A DNA stretch of 40,373 nt from a virus. The position numbers and the translations under genes were made by a program. This document shows, one piece after another, positions 7,641 through 14,909 of this stretch (position 1 is its first letter; the number at the start of each line of letters is the position of its first letter). The stretch lies in IMG/VR virus record IMGVR_UViG_3300042286_000057, one strand, 5' to 3'. Below the pieces are notes generated by a model. It was not told the origin of the DNA and did not search any database. It saw only the letters and a program-made list of their open reading frames with translations.

Positions 7641-10484
7641 ATGAAACACCTACACATCGACCTAGAAACGTACAGTGAGGCCGACCTACCGAAGACCGGC
7701 GGCCAGTTCTACGCCCGGCACCCCTCCACCCGTGTCCTCTTGCTGGCTTACAGCTACGGCGACGAGATCCACCTGATTGATCTTGAGAACGGCGGCGCCC
7801 TGCCGGACTCTTTGCTGGAGGACCTGAAAAACCCCAACGTAACCAAGTGGGCCCACAACGCTGCCTTTGAACGCGCCATCCTGTCCAATGTGCTTAACGT
7901 GCCGTGTGAGCCGGAACAGTGGCGCTGCACGATGGTCTGGGCCATGTCCCTGTCCTTGCCCGCCGGGCTAGACAAACTGAGCGAAGCCCTCAAGCTCGGC
8001 ACTGACGCCAAGGACAAAGAGGGCAAGCGCCTGATTCGCAAGTTCTGCCTGCCGGGCGGAGACGTGCAGCAGGATTTGAACGACGACGACTGGCGGCGGT
8101 TTTGCGAGTACTGCCGTCAAGACGTTGCGGCGGAGATGGCGGTGGCCCGGAGGCTAAAGCGCTACGCCCTGCCGGACAGCGAGTGGCAAGCGTGGGCCGT
8201 TGATCAGCGGGTTAATGACAACGGCCTGCCGATTGACATTGAACTGGTCCAGGCCATCCGGCGCGTGGCGGAGACCTATAAAGAGGACACCGCCGCCGAG
8301 GCCGCCAGGATAACCCAGCTGCCGAACCCCAACAGCCGGGACCAGATGCTGTCATGGCTGGCGGAGAGGGGCGTACAGGCGGATGACCTGACAAGCGGCA
8401 CCGTGGACCAACTATTGGCCGGAACACTGCCGGAGCCCGTCAGGAAGGCCCTGGAATGCCGCCAACAGATGAGCAAGGCCAGTCTTGCCAAGTTCGACGC
8501 CCTGGACCGGGCCACCTGTTCGGACGGCAGGCTCCGAGGCGCGTTCCAGTTTGCCGGGGCCGGCCGGACCGGCCGTTTTGCGGGCCGCATCTTCCAGCCG
8601 CAGAACCTGCCACGGCCGACGCTATCGGACGCGGACATAGACGTGGCCCGAAAGGCAATCCGGACCAGTGACGCCGATACCATGGGCATGATGTACGACG
8701 ATCTGAGCGGGGCGCTGTCTTCGCTGATCCGGTCCGTCATCGCGGCCCCGGCCGGCCGCCAGCTGGTAGTGGCGGATTACGCCAGTATTGAATCCATCAT
8801 GGTGGCGTGGTGCGCCGAGTCTGATTACCTGCTGAACCTCTACCACAAGGGGCTTGACCCCTATAAAGACTTCGCCACGAAAATCTACGGCATCGCCTAT
8901 GAGGACGTGACCAAGGAGCAACGCAGCTTCGCAAAACCCGCCGTTTTAGGCTGTTTTGCTAGTGGGACGCAGGTATTGACTAGGACCGGGCCTGTCGATA
9001 TAGTCAATATCTCTGACCAACATGAATTATGGGACGGCGTTGAATGGGTACGAAGCGAAGGGGCGATACCACAGGGGGAAAAACAGGTTGTGGAGAGAGC
9101 GGGGGTTTTTGTGACCCCCGACCACCTCATCCTGACGGACAGCGGGTGGCAGCAAGTAGCCGACCTAACCGACTACGATTTAAACCGGGCGATACAGTTG
9201 GCGCGTGGCACCTTATCGACTACTGCCGAAAGTACTGGCTGTGTCGGTGCGGCGACTGCTCAAAATTTGAGTGGGTCAACGCTACTAACCTCAACCTCGG
9301 AAAAACACGCAGATGCGTCTCGTGCGCTAACCGCATTACAAGCGCGGAACGCAGCGCCGCGACTAAACTCGGCGTTGAACAGCGCCACTATGACCGGCTT
9401 GCAAACCGCGTGTACGCGCAGCGCGCCCGGTGCCAGAATCCAAACAACCCCGGCTATGCGCACTACGGAGCGAGGGGAATACGATTCAACTTCAAAAGTG
9501 TTGAAGAAGCTGTCGCGTACCTTATCACGCTGCAAGGATGGGATAATCCGGATCTTGAAATTGACCGCATCAACAACGACGGGGGTTACGAGCCCGGCAA
9601 CCTGCGATTCATTGACAGACGCGGAAACACCTCCAACACGAGGCAATCGGGCCGGATTGAGTACGAAGGGGGGACTTACACGTACAGCGAGTTCCGCCGG
9701 CGGTTCGCCCCTAAATACCGCGATGCTAGAACTATCGGGCGCAAGGCGGCACAAGGAAAAACAGCCGAGGAAATCATCGCGGATCAATCCGGTTGCCGAG
9801 GCGCCTACTTACGACCTTCTGAACGCAGGCCCGCGTAACCGATACACGATCTTAACCGATGAAGGCCCGTTGATTGTCCATAACTGCGGCTACGGCCTGG
9901 GGGCCACGGGCTTGCAGCGGTACGCGGAGGCATTCGGCATGGAGATGACCGCCAGCGAGGCGAAGAAGCAGGTAGACACGTTCCGGTCTGCCTACTCCGA
10001 CATCCCGGAGTTCTGGGCCAAACTGGAGACGGCCGTCACCAAAGCTATGCAGTCAAAAGGCCGCACGATCCGAGCCGGGCGGTTCACGTTCCAGTTTGAC
10101 GGCCGGTTTCTGCTTCTGGGCCTACCCAGTGGCCGGCACTTGTATTACTACCAGCCGCGCATGGAGACCGGCAACTTCGGCAAGCTGGAGTTGACCTACG
10201 CCGGCAAGGAGCCGAACGTCCGCATTGGCACGCACCCCGGCAAGATTGTGGAGAACGTGGTCCAGGCGGTTGCCCGTGATCTACTGATCGAAGGGCTCAA
10301 GAACACACAGGCCGCCGGCTTTGAGATTGTCGGACACGTTCATGACGAGATCATCTGCCTGGCGGACGCGGACGACACCGAGGCCGAGCAGCGCCTACTG
10401 GACGCCATGACCAAAACGCCCGCATGGTGCAAAGACGCGCCGATCCGGGCAGACGGATACACCGCCCCGTACTACAGGAAATGA
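7641..10484 (+). CDS. family-A DNA polymerase precursor (947 aa) containing a 311-aa intein
   Basis: The N-terminal 3'-5' exonuclease has motif HIDLETYS. Motif B (RSFAKPAVLG / CGYGLG) is split by a Hint-domain insertion. The C-terminus has HVHDEI (motif C). Confidence 0.95.
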   Translation: MKHLHIDLETYSEADLPKTGGQFYARHPSTRVLLLAYSYGDEIHLIDLENGGALPDSLLEDLKNPNVTKWAHNAAFERAILSNVLNVPCEPEQWRCTMVWAMSLSLPAGLDKLSEALKLGTDAKDKEGKRLIRKFCLPGGDVQQDLNDDDWRRFCEYCRQDVAAEMAVARRLKRYALPDSEWQAWAVDQRVNDNGLPIDIELVQAIRRVAETYKEDTAAEAARITQLPNPNSRDQMLSWLAERGVQADDLTSGTVDQLLAGTLPEPVRKALECRQQMSKASLAKFDALDRATCSDGRLRGAFQFAGAGRTGRFAGRIFQPQNLPRPTLSDADIDVARKAIRTSDADTMGMMYDDLSGALSSLIRSVIAAPAGRQLVVADYASIESIMVAWCAESDYLLNLYHKGLDPYKDFATKIYGIAYEDVTKEQRSFAKPAVLGCFASGTQVLTRTGPVDIVNISDQHELWDGVEWVRSEGAIPQGEKQVVERAGVFVTPDHLILTDSGWQQVADLTDYDLNRAIQLARGTLSTTAESTGCVGAATAQNLSGSTLLTSTSEKHADASRALTALQARNAAPRLNSALNSATMTGLQTACTRSAPGARIQTTPAMRTTERGEYDSTSKVLKKLSRTLSRCKDGIIRILKLTASTTTGVTSPATCDSLTDAETPPTRGNRAGLSTKGGLTRTASSAGGSPLNTAMLELSGARRHKEKQPRKSSRINPVAEAPTYDLLNAGPRNRYTILTDEGPLIVHNCGYGLGATGLQRYAEAFGMEMTASEAKKQVDTFRSAYSDIPEFWAKLETAVTKAMQSKGRTIRAGRFTFQFDGRFLLLGLPSGRHLYYYQPRMETGNFGKLELTYAGKEPNVRIGTHPGKIVENVVQAVARDLLIEGLKNTQAAGFEIVGHVHDEIICLADADDTEAEQRLLDAMTKTPAWCKDAPIRADGYTAPYYRK
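9044..9838 (+). CDS. HNH-type homing endonuclease ORF nested in the intein, in the -1 frame relative to the polymerase
   Basis: Frame-2 translation from about 9179 reads GDTVGAWHLIDYCRKYWLCRCGDCSKFEW...YGARGIRFNF...EIDRINNDGGYEPGNLRFIDRRGNTSN. This is a Zn-finger plus HNH-like core, followed by a C-terminal helix region ending at TAA 9836-9838. The true start is unknown: ATG 9044, GTG 9146, or entry by frameshifting. Confidence 0.75.
   Translation: MGTKRRGDTTGGKTGCGESGGFCDPRPPHPDGQRVAASSRPNRLRFKPGDTVGAWHLIDYCRKYWLCRCGDCSKFEWVNATNLNLGKTRRCVSCANRITSAERSAATKLGVEQRHYDRLANRVYAQRARCQNPNNPGYAHYGARGIRFNFKSVEEAVAYLITLQGWDNPDLEIDRINNDGGYEPGNLRFIDRRGNTSNTRQSGRIEYEGGTYTYSEFRRRFAPKYRDARTIGRKAAQGKTAEEIIADQSGCRGAYLRPSERRPA
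9179..9185 (+). promoter_or_regulatory. candidate -1 programmed frameshift site T_TTA_AAC
   Basis: The polymerase-frame codons are GAT TTA AAC (9177-9185), so the heptamer is in X_XXY_YYZ register. A -1 slip enters the HNH frame at CCG (9185), exactly where HNH-family similarity starts. Confidence 0.4.
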
Positions 10485-10488
10485 CGCC

Positions 10489-10755
10489 ATGAAAGAATCC
10501 ACCATTGAGGCTAGATTGTGCCGCCGGGTTAAAGCCCTCGGCGGTACGTGCGAGAAGTTCACCAGTCCGGGGCGGCGGTCCGTACCGGATAGGCTGATCA
10601 CGCTGCCCGGCGGCCGGGTTATCTTCGCCGAGTGTAAAGCCCCCGGCAAGAAACCCACCGAACTACAGGCCAAAGACCACGAACGCCGCCGGGCCCTCGG
10701 TTGCGAGGTCTACGTTATCGACTCACCGGAGGCCGCCGATGCTTTCCCGGAGTAG
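10489..10755 (+). CDS. VRR-NUC domain nuclease (88 aa)
   Basis: EARLCRRVKALGG...PDRLITLPGGRVIFAECKAPGKKPTELQ matches the VRR-NUC PD-(D/E)XK pattern. Confidence 0.85.
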   Translation: MKESTIEARLCRRVKALGGTCEKFTSPGRRSVPDRLITLPGGRVIFAECKAPGKKPTELQAKDHERRRALGCEVYVIDSPEAADAFPE

Positions 10756-12106
10756 CCTGCACCCGTACCAGAAAAAGGCCGTCCAGTTCATACTGGAGCG
10801 GCCTTCTTGCGCTTTATGGTTGGACCTCGGCCTCGGCAAGACCATCAGCACCTTGACAGCCCTGGCGGACCTTGTGGACGGCATGGAGATTGAAAAGGCG
10901 CTGATCATCGCGCCCTTGCGCGTAGCCAACAGCGTCTGGAAGCAAGAGGCCGAAAACTGGGCACACACCCGGCACCTGAAGGTTAGTGTCTGCACCGGGG
11001 GCCAGAAGGCCCGACTAGCCGCCCTGGAGGCGGACGCCGATGTGTACGTGATCAACCGGGAAAACATACCGTGGTTGGTGAAACACTACGGCAAAAGGTG
11101 GCCGTTTGACTGCGTAGTGCTTGACGAGGCCAGCAGCTTCAAGTCCAGCAAGGCACAACGCTGGCGGGCCCTGAAACGCGCACGCCCTGCAATCAACCGG
11201 ATGATCGAACTCACCGGCACGCCGTCACCCAACGGCCTACTGGACCTTTGGGCCCAGATGTATCTGCTAGACCAAGGCCAGCGGCTTGGCCGCACCAAAA
11301 CCAGTTACCAGCGGAAATGGTTCGACTCGGATTTCATGGGGTACAACTGGACGCCGAGGACGGGGGCGGATGAGCAGATCCACGCGGCCGTGTCTGACCT
11401 GGTGTTAAGCATGACGGCGGAGGACTATCTGGACATGCCGGACCGGTTTGATATTGCCGTTCCGGTCCCACTCCCTGCATCAGCGCGGCGCTACTACGAC
11501 GATCTAGCCCGCACGTTGTTGGCGGAGCTGGAAGACGGGGCGGAGATTGAAGCGGTTAATGCGGCCGCCCTGGCGAATAAGCTATTGCAGGTTGCGAACG
11601 GGGCAGCCTATACCGATGACGAGGGCAACTGGTCGGAACTCCACAGCGCCAAACTGGACGCCTTACAAGAGATCGTAGAGGACAATCCGGACGAACCGCT
11701 GCTGGTAGCCTACAACTACAAAACCGACCTTGTACGACTGCGTGAGCGGTTCCCTGACGCCGTGGTACTCGGCAAAGACCAGAAGACCATAGACGACTGG
11801 AACGCGGGCAAGATTGGCATGTTGTTGGCGCACCCAGCCAGTGCCGGGCACGGGCTGAACCTCCAGCGCGGCGGATCGGTGCTTGTGTGGTTCGGGCTTA
11901 ACTGGTCACTGGAGCTGACTCAGCAGTTCAACGGCCGACTGCATCGCCAGGGGCAGAAAAAGCCGGTACGGGTTATTAGCCTAGTCGCTGAAGGCACGAT
12001 AGACGAGCGGGTGGTGGACGTTCTGAAGAATAAAGACGCCACCCAGAAGAACCTGATTGACGCGCTCAAAGCTGAAAAGCCGGACAACAAAAAAAGCGGC
12101 CCCTAA
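10739..12106 (+). CDS. SNF2-family helicase (455 aa)
   Basis: LHPYQKKAV, GLGKT (motif I), VLDEAS (motif II), and the C-terminal helicase motifs SAGHGLNLQ and RLHRQGQ. Confidence 0.9.
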   Translation: MLSRSSLHPYQKKAVQFILERPSCALWLDLGLGKTISTLTALADLVDGMEIEKALIIAPLRVANSVWKQEAENWAHTRHLKVSVCTGGQKARLAALEADADVYVINRENIPWLVKHYGKRWPFDCVVLDEASSFKSSKAQRWRALKRARPAINRMIELTGTPSPNGLLDLWAQMYLLDQGQRLGRTKTSYQRKWFDSDFMGYNWTPRTGADEQIHAAVSDLVLSMTAEDYLDMPDRFDIAVPVPLPASARRYYDDLARTLLAELEDGAEIEAVNAAALANKLLQVANGAAYTDDEGNWSELHSAKLDALQEIVEDNPDEPLLVAYNYKTDLVRLRERFPDAVVLGKDQKTIDDWNAGKIGMLLAHPASAGHGLNLQRGGSVLVWFGLNWSLELTQQFNGRLHRQGQKKPVRVISLVAEGTIDERVVDVLKNKDATQKNLIDALKAEKPDNKKSGP

Positions 12107-12264
12107 GAGCCGCTATCCTCCATCTCCTCCGGTGTAGTCGTCGTGTCCAGCTCGATCTCGCCGTCACAGAGCCTATCCCAGCACAGCCACCGGTCGTAGT
12201 CCCACTGACAGCCATAGAAAAACGACATGCGCCCGCCACAGATGGGGCATTCTGGCTCGGTCAT
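12103..12264 (-). CDS. hypothetical Cys-rich (zinc-ribbon-like) miniprotein (53 aa)
   Basis: ATG at 12264 overlaps the upstream stop (ATGA). Translates MTEPECPICGGRMSFFYGCQWDYDRWLCWDRLCDGEIELDTTTTPEEMEDSGS. Below the track cutoff. It is convergent with the SNF2 gene. Confidence 0.55.
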   Translation of the reverse strand: MTEPECPICGGRMSFFYGCQWDYDRWLCWDRLCDGEIELDTTTTPEEMEDSGS

Positions 12265-12449
12265 GGGTCTTGCCTCCACTTGCAGTCGCTACAACTGGGG
12301 TCTGTCGTGCGCCATGTGTGGCCGCAGGAATTCGACTCCTCCAGCGGCAACCAAGGCTCCCCAGGGCGCGGCCTGTCCTTGCAGGCGTAGCGGTGGTTTG
12401 GGTCGATTGGAGCGTGGTGGTTTAGGTCTGATTCGGGTTTGTAGGTCAT
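12261..12449 (-). CDS. hypothetical Cys-containing protein (62 aa)
   Basis: Track ORF with ATGA overlaps at both ends, indicating translational coupling. Confidence 0.55.
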   Translation of the reverse strand: MTYKPESDLNHHAPIDPNHRYACKDRPRPGEPWLPLEESNSCGHTWRTTDPSCSDCKWRQDP

Positions 12450-12664
12450 TTTCGCACTCCAATCCAGTTAAACAACCTCCGGAGCGCATACGAGCGCACC
12501 AGAGACACGAGAGTAAAGATTAAGGCTATGCCCGCATGCTGGCCCGTGCTGGCGTAAAAGCCGAACAGCGGGAACACGAGGGCTTGTGTCAGCATTGCCA
12601 CGGCGTAGCCGACTGCGACGTTGCAGGCGGCTTCGGTGGCGCTGGCTAGTTTGGTTTGGGTCAT
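12446..12664 (-). CDS. small membrane protein (72 aa, two hydrophobic segments)
   Basis: NVAVGYAVAMLTQALVFPLFGF and AGIALIFTLVSLVRSYAL are hydrophobic stretches. The start overlaps the upstream stop (ATGA). Confidence 0.7.
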   Translation of the reverse strand: MTQTKLASATEAACNVAVGYAVAMLTQALVFPLFGFYASTGQHAGIALIFTLVSLVRSYALRRLFNWIGVRK

Positions 12665-12801
12665 TTGGCTTTCCTCTCCTTCCGCTCATGCGGACAATAC
12701 GAACAATACCCATACCGCCCGCACGGCTCACTGCCGTCTGGGCAGAGGTATGGGGGTTTGGTGTGGCGGCCTTTGGTGTCTTCTGGTTTAGTGTCTGGCA
12801 T
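12661..12801 (-). CDS. hypothetical 4-Cys miniprotein (46 aa)
   Basis: The internal ATG at 12801 overlaps the end of the TraR gene. Translates MPDTKPEDTKGRHTKPPYLCPDGSEPCGRYGYCSYCPHERKERKAK. Its stop overlaps the next ATG. Confidence 0.5.
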   Translation of the reverse strand: MPDTKPEDTKGRHTKPPYLCPDGSEPCGRYGYCSYCPHERKERKAK

Positions 12802-12988
12802 TGAATCGCTCCCGCTTAGCGGCATCCTCAGCACACTCCGCCGAACAATAAGCCCCTTGCTCAATCGGCTCATCGCACCACCGGCAGCGGCCGCAATAGG
12901 CCATCTCAGGCCGCGCAATCACCGCCCGGATTGCGGCCATTCGCTCCATTTCTGCCAGATCGTTTGCTTTGTCGATTTCGTCAGCCAT
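12788..12988 (-). CDS. TraR/DksA-family C4 zinc-finger protein (66 aa)
   Basis: CGRCRWCDEPIEQGAYCSAEC follows a helical N-terminal half, which is typical of phage TraR-like proteins. Confidence 0.8.
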   Translation of the reverse strand: MADEIDKANDLAEMERMAAIRAVIARPEMAYCGRCRWCDEPIEQGAYCSAECAEDAAKRERFNARH

Positions 12989-13187
12989 CGTTAATCATCC
13001 CCCTCTGTCGCTTATTAGGCTCCATCGCCCGATGCACAGCAATCGCCATGTCGGCAACGCCCTGCTGGTAATCTTCGGAGCCGCCCGTAGGCAGCTCGAT
13101 TGCTTTGATCCTGTCCAGCTTGGCCTGTAGCGCACGGATTTCGCGCTTGGCGTGGCCGAGTTGGTCTTCCAGCCGTTTATCTCGCAT
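12981..13187 (-). CDS. hypothetical coiled-coil protein (68 aa from ATG 13187)
   Basis: Internal ATG with an AAGGAG SD. The frame is that of track ORF 12981..13229. Confidence 0.6.
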   Translation of the reverse strand: MRDKRLEDQLGHAKREIRALQAKLDRIKAIELPTGGSEDYQQGVADMAIAVHRAMEPNKRQRGMINDG

Positions 13188-13335
13188 ATTGCACCGTCTC
13201 CTTAAACACCCGCCCCAGCGCCGCCTCAAGCTCTGCTATGCGCTCCTGTTGTTGGGCGGCTTGTTTCGTTATCGCTTGGAGCTGCCGGTTCTTTTCGTAA
13301 AGCTCTGCTCGGAGTTCGCGTTCGGTTTGGGTCAT
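13177..13335 (-). CDS. hypothetical coiled-coil protein (52 aa from ATG 13335)
   Basis: ATG 13335 overlaps the methyltransferase stop (ATGA) and follows GAGGGCAGAG. The frame is that of track ORF 13177..13404. Confidence 0.6.
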   Translation of the reverse strand: MTQTERELRAELYEKNRQLQAITKQAAQQQERIAELEAALGRVFKETVQYAR

Positions 13336-14909
13336 TTCTCTGCCCTCATGATAACAACATCCACCGACGCACCCCGGAACTGATTTTCGTAGACCTTCGA
13401 CCATGTGAGGCTCATCCCAGGGAGCACATCTTTGCCTTTGGCGCTGGCTGGAAGAATCGCCACCAGCACGCCGTCAGGGCGCAGCATGGTTGCCGCGTGC
13501 TCGATGTGTGCTTGCCATCGCCCCTGGCTGTAAGGCGGGTTCATTACGATGCGGTCAAACTTCAGATTCGGTAACCCCTCTGACCATTGCAGAAAGTCTG
13601 CCTGAATGACCTCGTGACCTTTCTCGCGCAACACAGCACAGTGCAGCGGGCTGACCTCCACACAATGCAAGGGCGCGTCTATAAGGTCGGCAATGTTGCC
13701 TGTTCCGGCGCTCGGCTCAAGACAGTTGTGCGCGGTGCGGATCTCCGCCAGCTCCACCGCATCCCGGGCAATGTGCTCAGGCGTCGGGTAGAACTGGTGG
13801 CTTTTCTGGTCAGGGATAACGCCGGTGCACACGATCTCTTTAATGACCGGTTCCGGGTCGTAGTCGAACTGATACCAGCTGTATGCGTTGGTGTTCTGCT
13901 TCACGCCGCCCAACAGCTCTAGCACCCGCTCAACTTCGGCGATTACATGCTTGTCCTTTTCGTGGGATTCGATTCGGACAGCGTTCGGAATCAGCCGGCG
14001 GCTACGCTCTGCGGTGTCATAGGCACGGCCAAGGCGGTGAAGCACGTCCAGCACCGCGAACGGTAAAGGTCTTTCCATCAAGGTAAATTCTTTTACCTTG
14101 CGCTTCGGCTTCTGCCGGAATCGGGATGGAATGGCGGTCGGGTACAGGTGGTGCAGGATCTCGTTCAGGCGCCACGCCATATCCGGATGCACTTCTAGGT
14201 GGGCATTGCTGTTCTTGTAGCACCGAATCCGGAGCGCCCCGCCATCCAGTGGCACCCACTCACCCCGATGGTTCGCTCGGGCGATCTCGACAACCCGGTT
14301 GCTTGCATTCCAGTCCGGCTCGTCGCGCCCCATGAATTTCGCAATCACCTGGCGCAGATCATTCAGGTGCCCGGTCTGGCTGCGGGAATAGCTGCCCCAG
14401 TCGTTAGTTACGCCGGTCAGGATCATGCGTTTGCCGAATCCCTCCGGCTGATTGGTGACGTGCGCCTTGCTCAGGGCTCGGAAAATTCCGTCTACCTTTT
14501 CGGCCAGAAAGTCCATACGCTGGGCCAGAAGGTCCGCCAGGGTGGCGCGAACGGCGCTTTCCTCAAACTCCGGCGCTTTGTGGTTGTGAATCAGATCAAA
14601 CCACTCTTCCCGGCGCTTCGTGGGCATGAAATCCAGAACGTCCGTCAGGCTCAGGGCTTGGTGCCAGTAGCTGGCATCCAGCGCAGCCAGGCCACTTTCC
14701 AGCTTGAAGCTCGGCGTATTTCCGCCCTGGTGGTGTTGCCGCTTGGCGGCATCCTCGAAATACGAAATCACCGACCGGAAGTCATCGCCAGAGACATACT
14801 CTACCACGCGCTCCATGCGCTGGCGCTCTTCCCGATAGCGGCCAATGAGACTATCGACCATGTCCGTGCTGGCTGGGGCGAAGAACTGCGATTCAGCAAG
14901 ATTACTCAC
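13332..14909 (-). CDS. DNA N6-adenine methyltransferase with a large N-terminal DUF4942-like domain (about 525 aa)
   Basis: Motif I is LEPSAGTGNI and motif IV is VMNPPYS, both in the C-terminal third. A GTG at 14909 with a GGAG SD is the probable start, although the track ORF extends to 14945. Confidence 0.9.
   Translation of the reverse strand: MSNLAESQFFAPASTDMVDSLIGRYREERQRMERVVEYVSGDDFRSVISYFEDAAKRQHHQGGNTPSFKLESGLAALDASYWHQALSLTDVLDFMPTKRREEWFDLIHNHKAPEFEESAVRATLADLLAQRMDFLAEKVDGIFRALSKAHVTNQPEGFGKRMILTGVTNDWGSYSRSQTGHLNDLRQVIAKFMGRDEPDWNASNRVVEIARANHRGEWVPLDGGALRIRCYKNSNAHLEVHPDMAWRLNEILHHLYPTAIPSRFRQKPKRKVKEFTLMERPLPFAVLDVLHRLGRAYDTAERSRRLIPNAVRIESHEKDKHVIAEVERVLELLGGVKQNTNAYSWYQFDYDPEPVIKEIVCTGVIPDQKSHQFYPTPEHIARDAVELAEIRTAHNCLEPSAGTGNIADLIDAPLHCVEVSPLHCAVLREKGHEVIQADFLQWSEGLPNLKFDRIVMNPPYSQGRWQAHIEHAATMLRPDGVLVAILPASAKGKDVLPGMSLTWSKVYENQFRGASVDVVIMRAEK

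Larger units (their letters stand above)
8952..9884 (+). mobile_element. intein (Cys1 at 8952-8954, terminal Asn at 9882-9884, +1 Cys at 9885-9887)
   Basis: Block A is CFASGTQVLT and block B is VTPDHLILT. Blocks F/G are TYDLLNAGPRNRYTILTDEGPLIVHN followed by C. The flanking extein residues reconstitute PolA motif B. Confidence 0.85.

Noticed and set aside
9044-9178. The N-terminal 45 residues of the frame-2 ORF (MGTKRRGDTTGGKTGCGESGG...) as a genuine part of the HNH protein
   Set aside because: This stretch is Gly/Arg/Pro-rich, overlaps the well-conserved Hint-N blocks in another frame, and shows no HNH-family features. It is probably only incidentally open, so the ORF start is treated as unknown.
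9560-9640. The intein-nested HNH core reads D-R (EIDRINNDG) where classical HNH enzymes have D-H, which could mean an inactivated endonuclease.
   Set aside because: From memory, the IDRI(D/N)xxGxYxxxNxR variant is characteristic of a whole subfamily of phage HNH-like proteins, so the Arg cannot be taken as evidence of decay without a family alignment. It is left as an open point, not a claim.
12093-12116. Bidirectional terminator between the convergent SNF2 gene and the 53-aa gene
   Set aside because: There is only a 6-bp stem (AGCGGC/GCCGCT) with an 8-nt loop. The stop codons overlap inside it, the A-run lies on only one side, and there is no U-tract for the minus-strand transcript. This is too weak to call.
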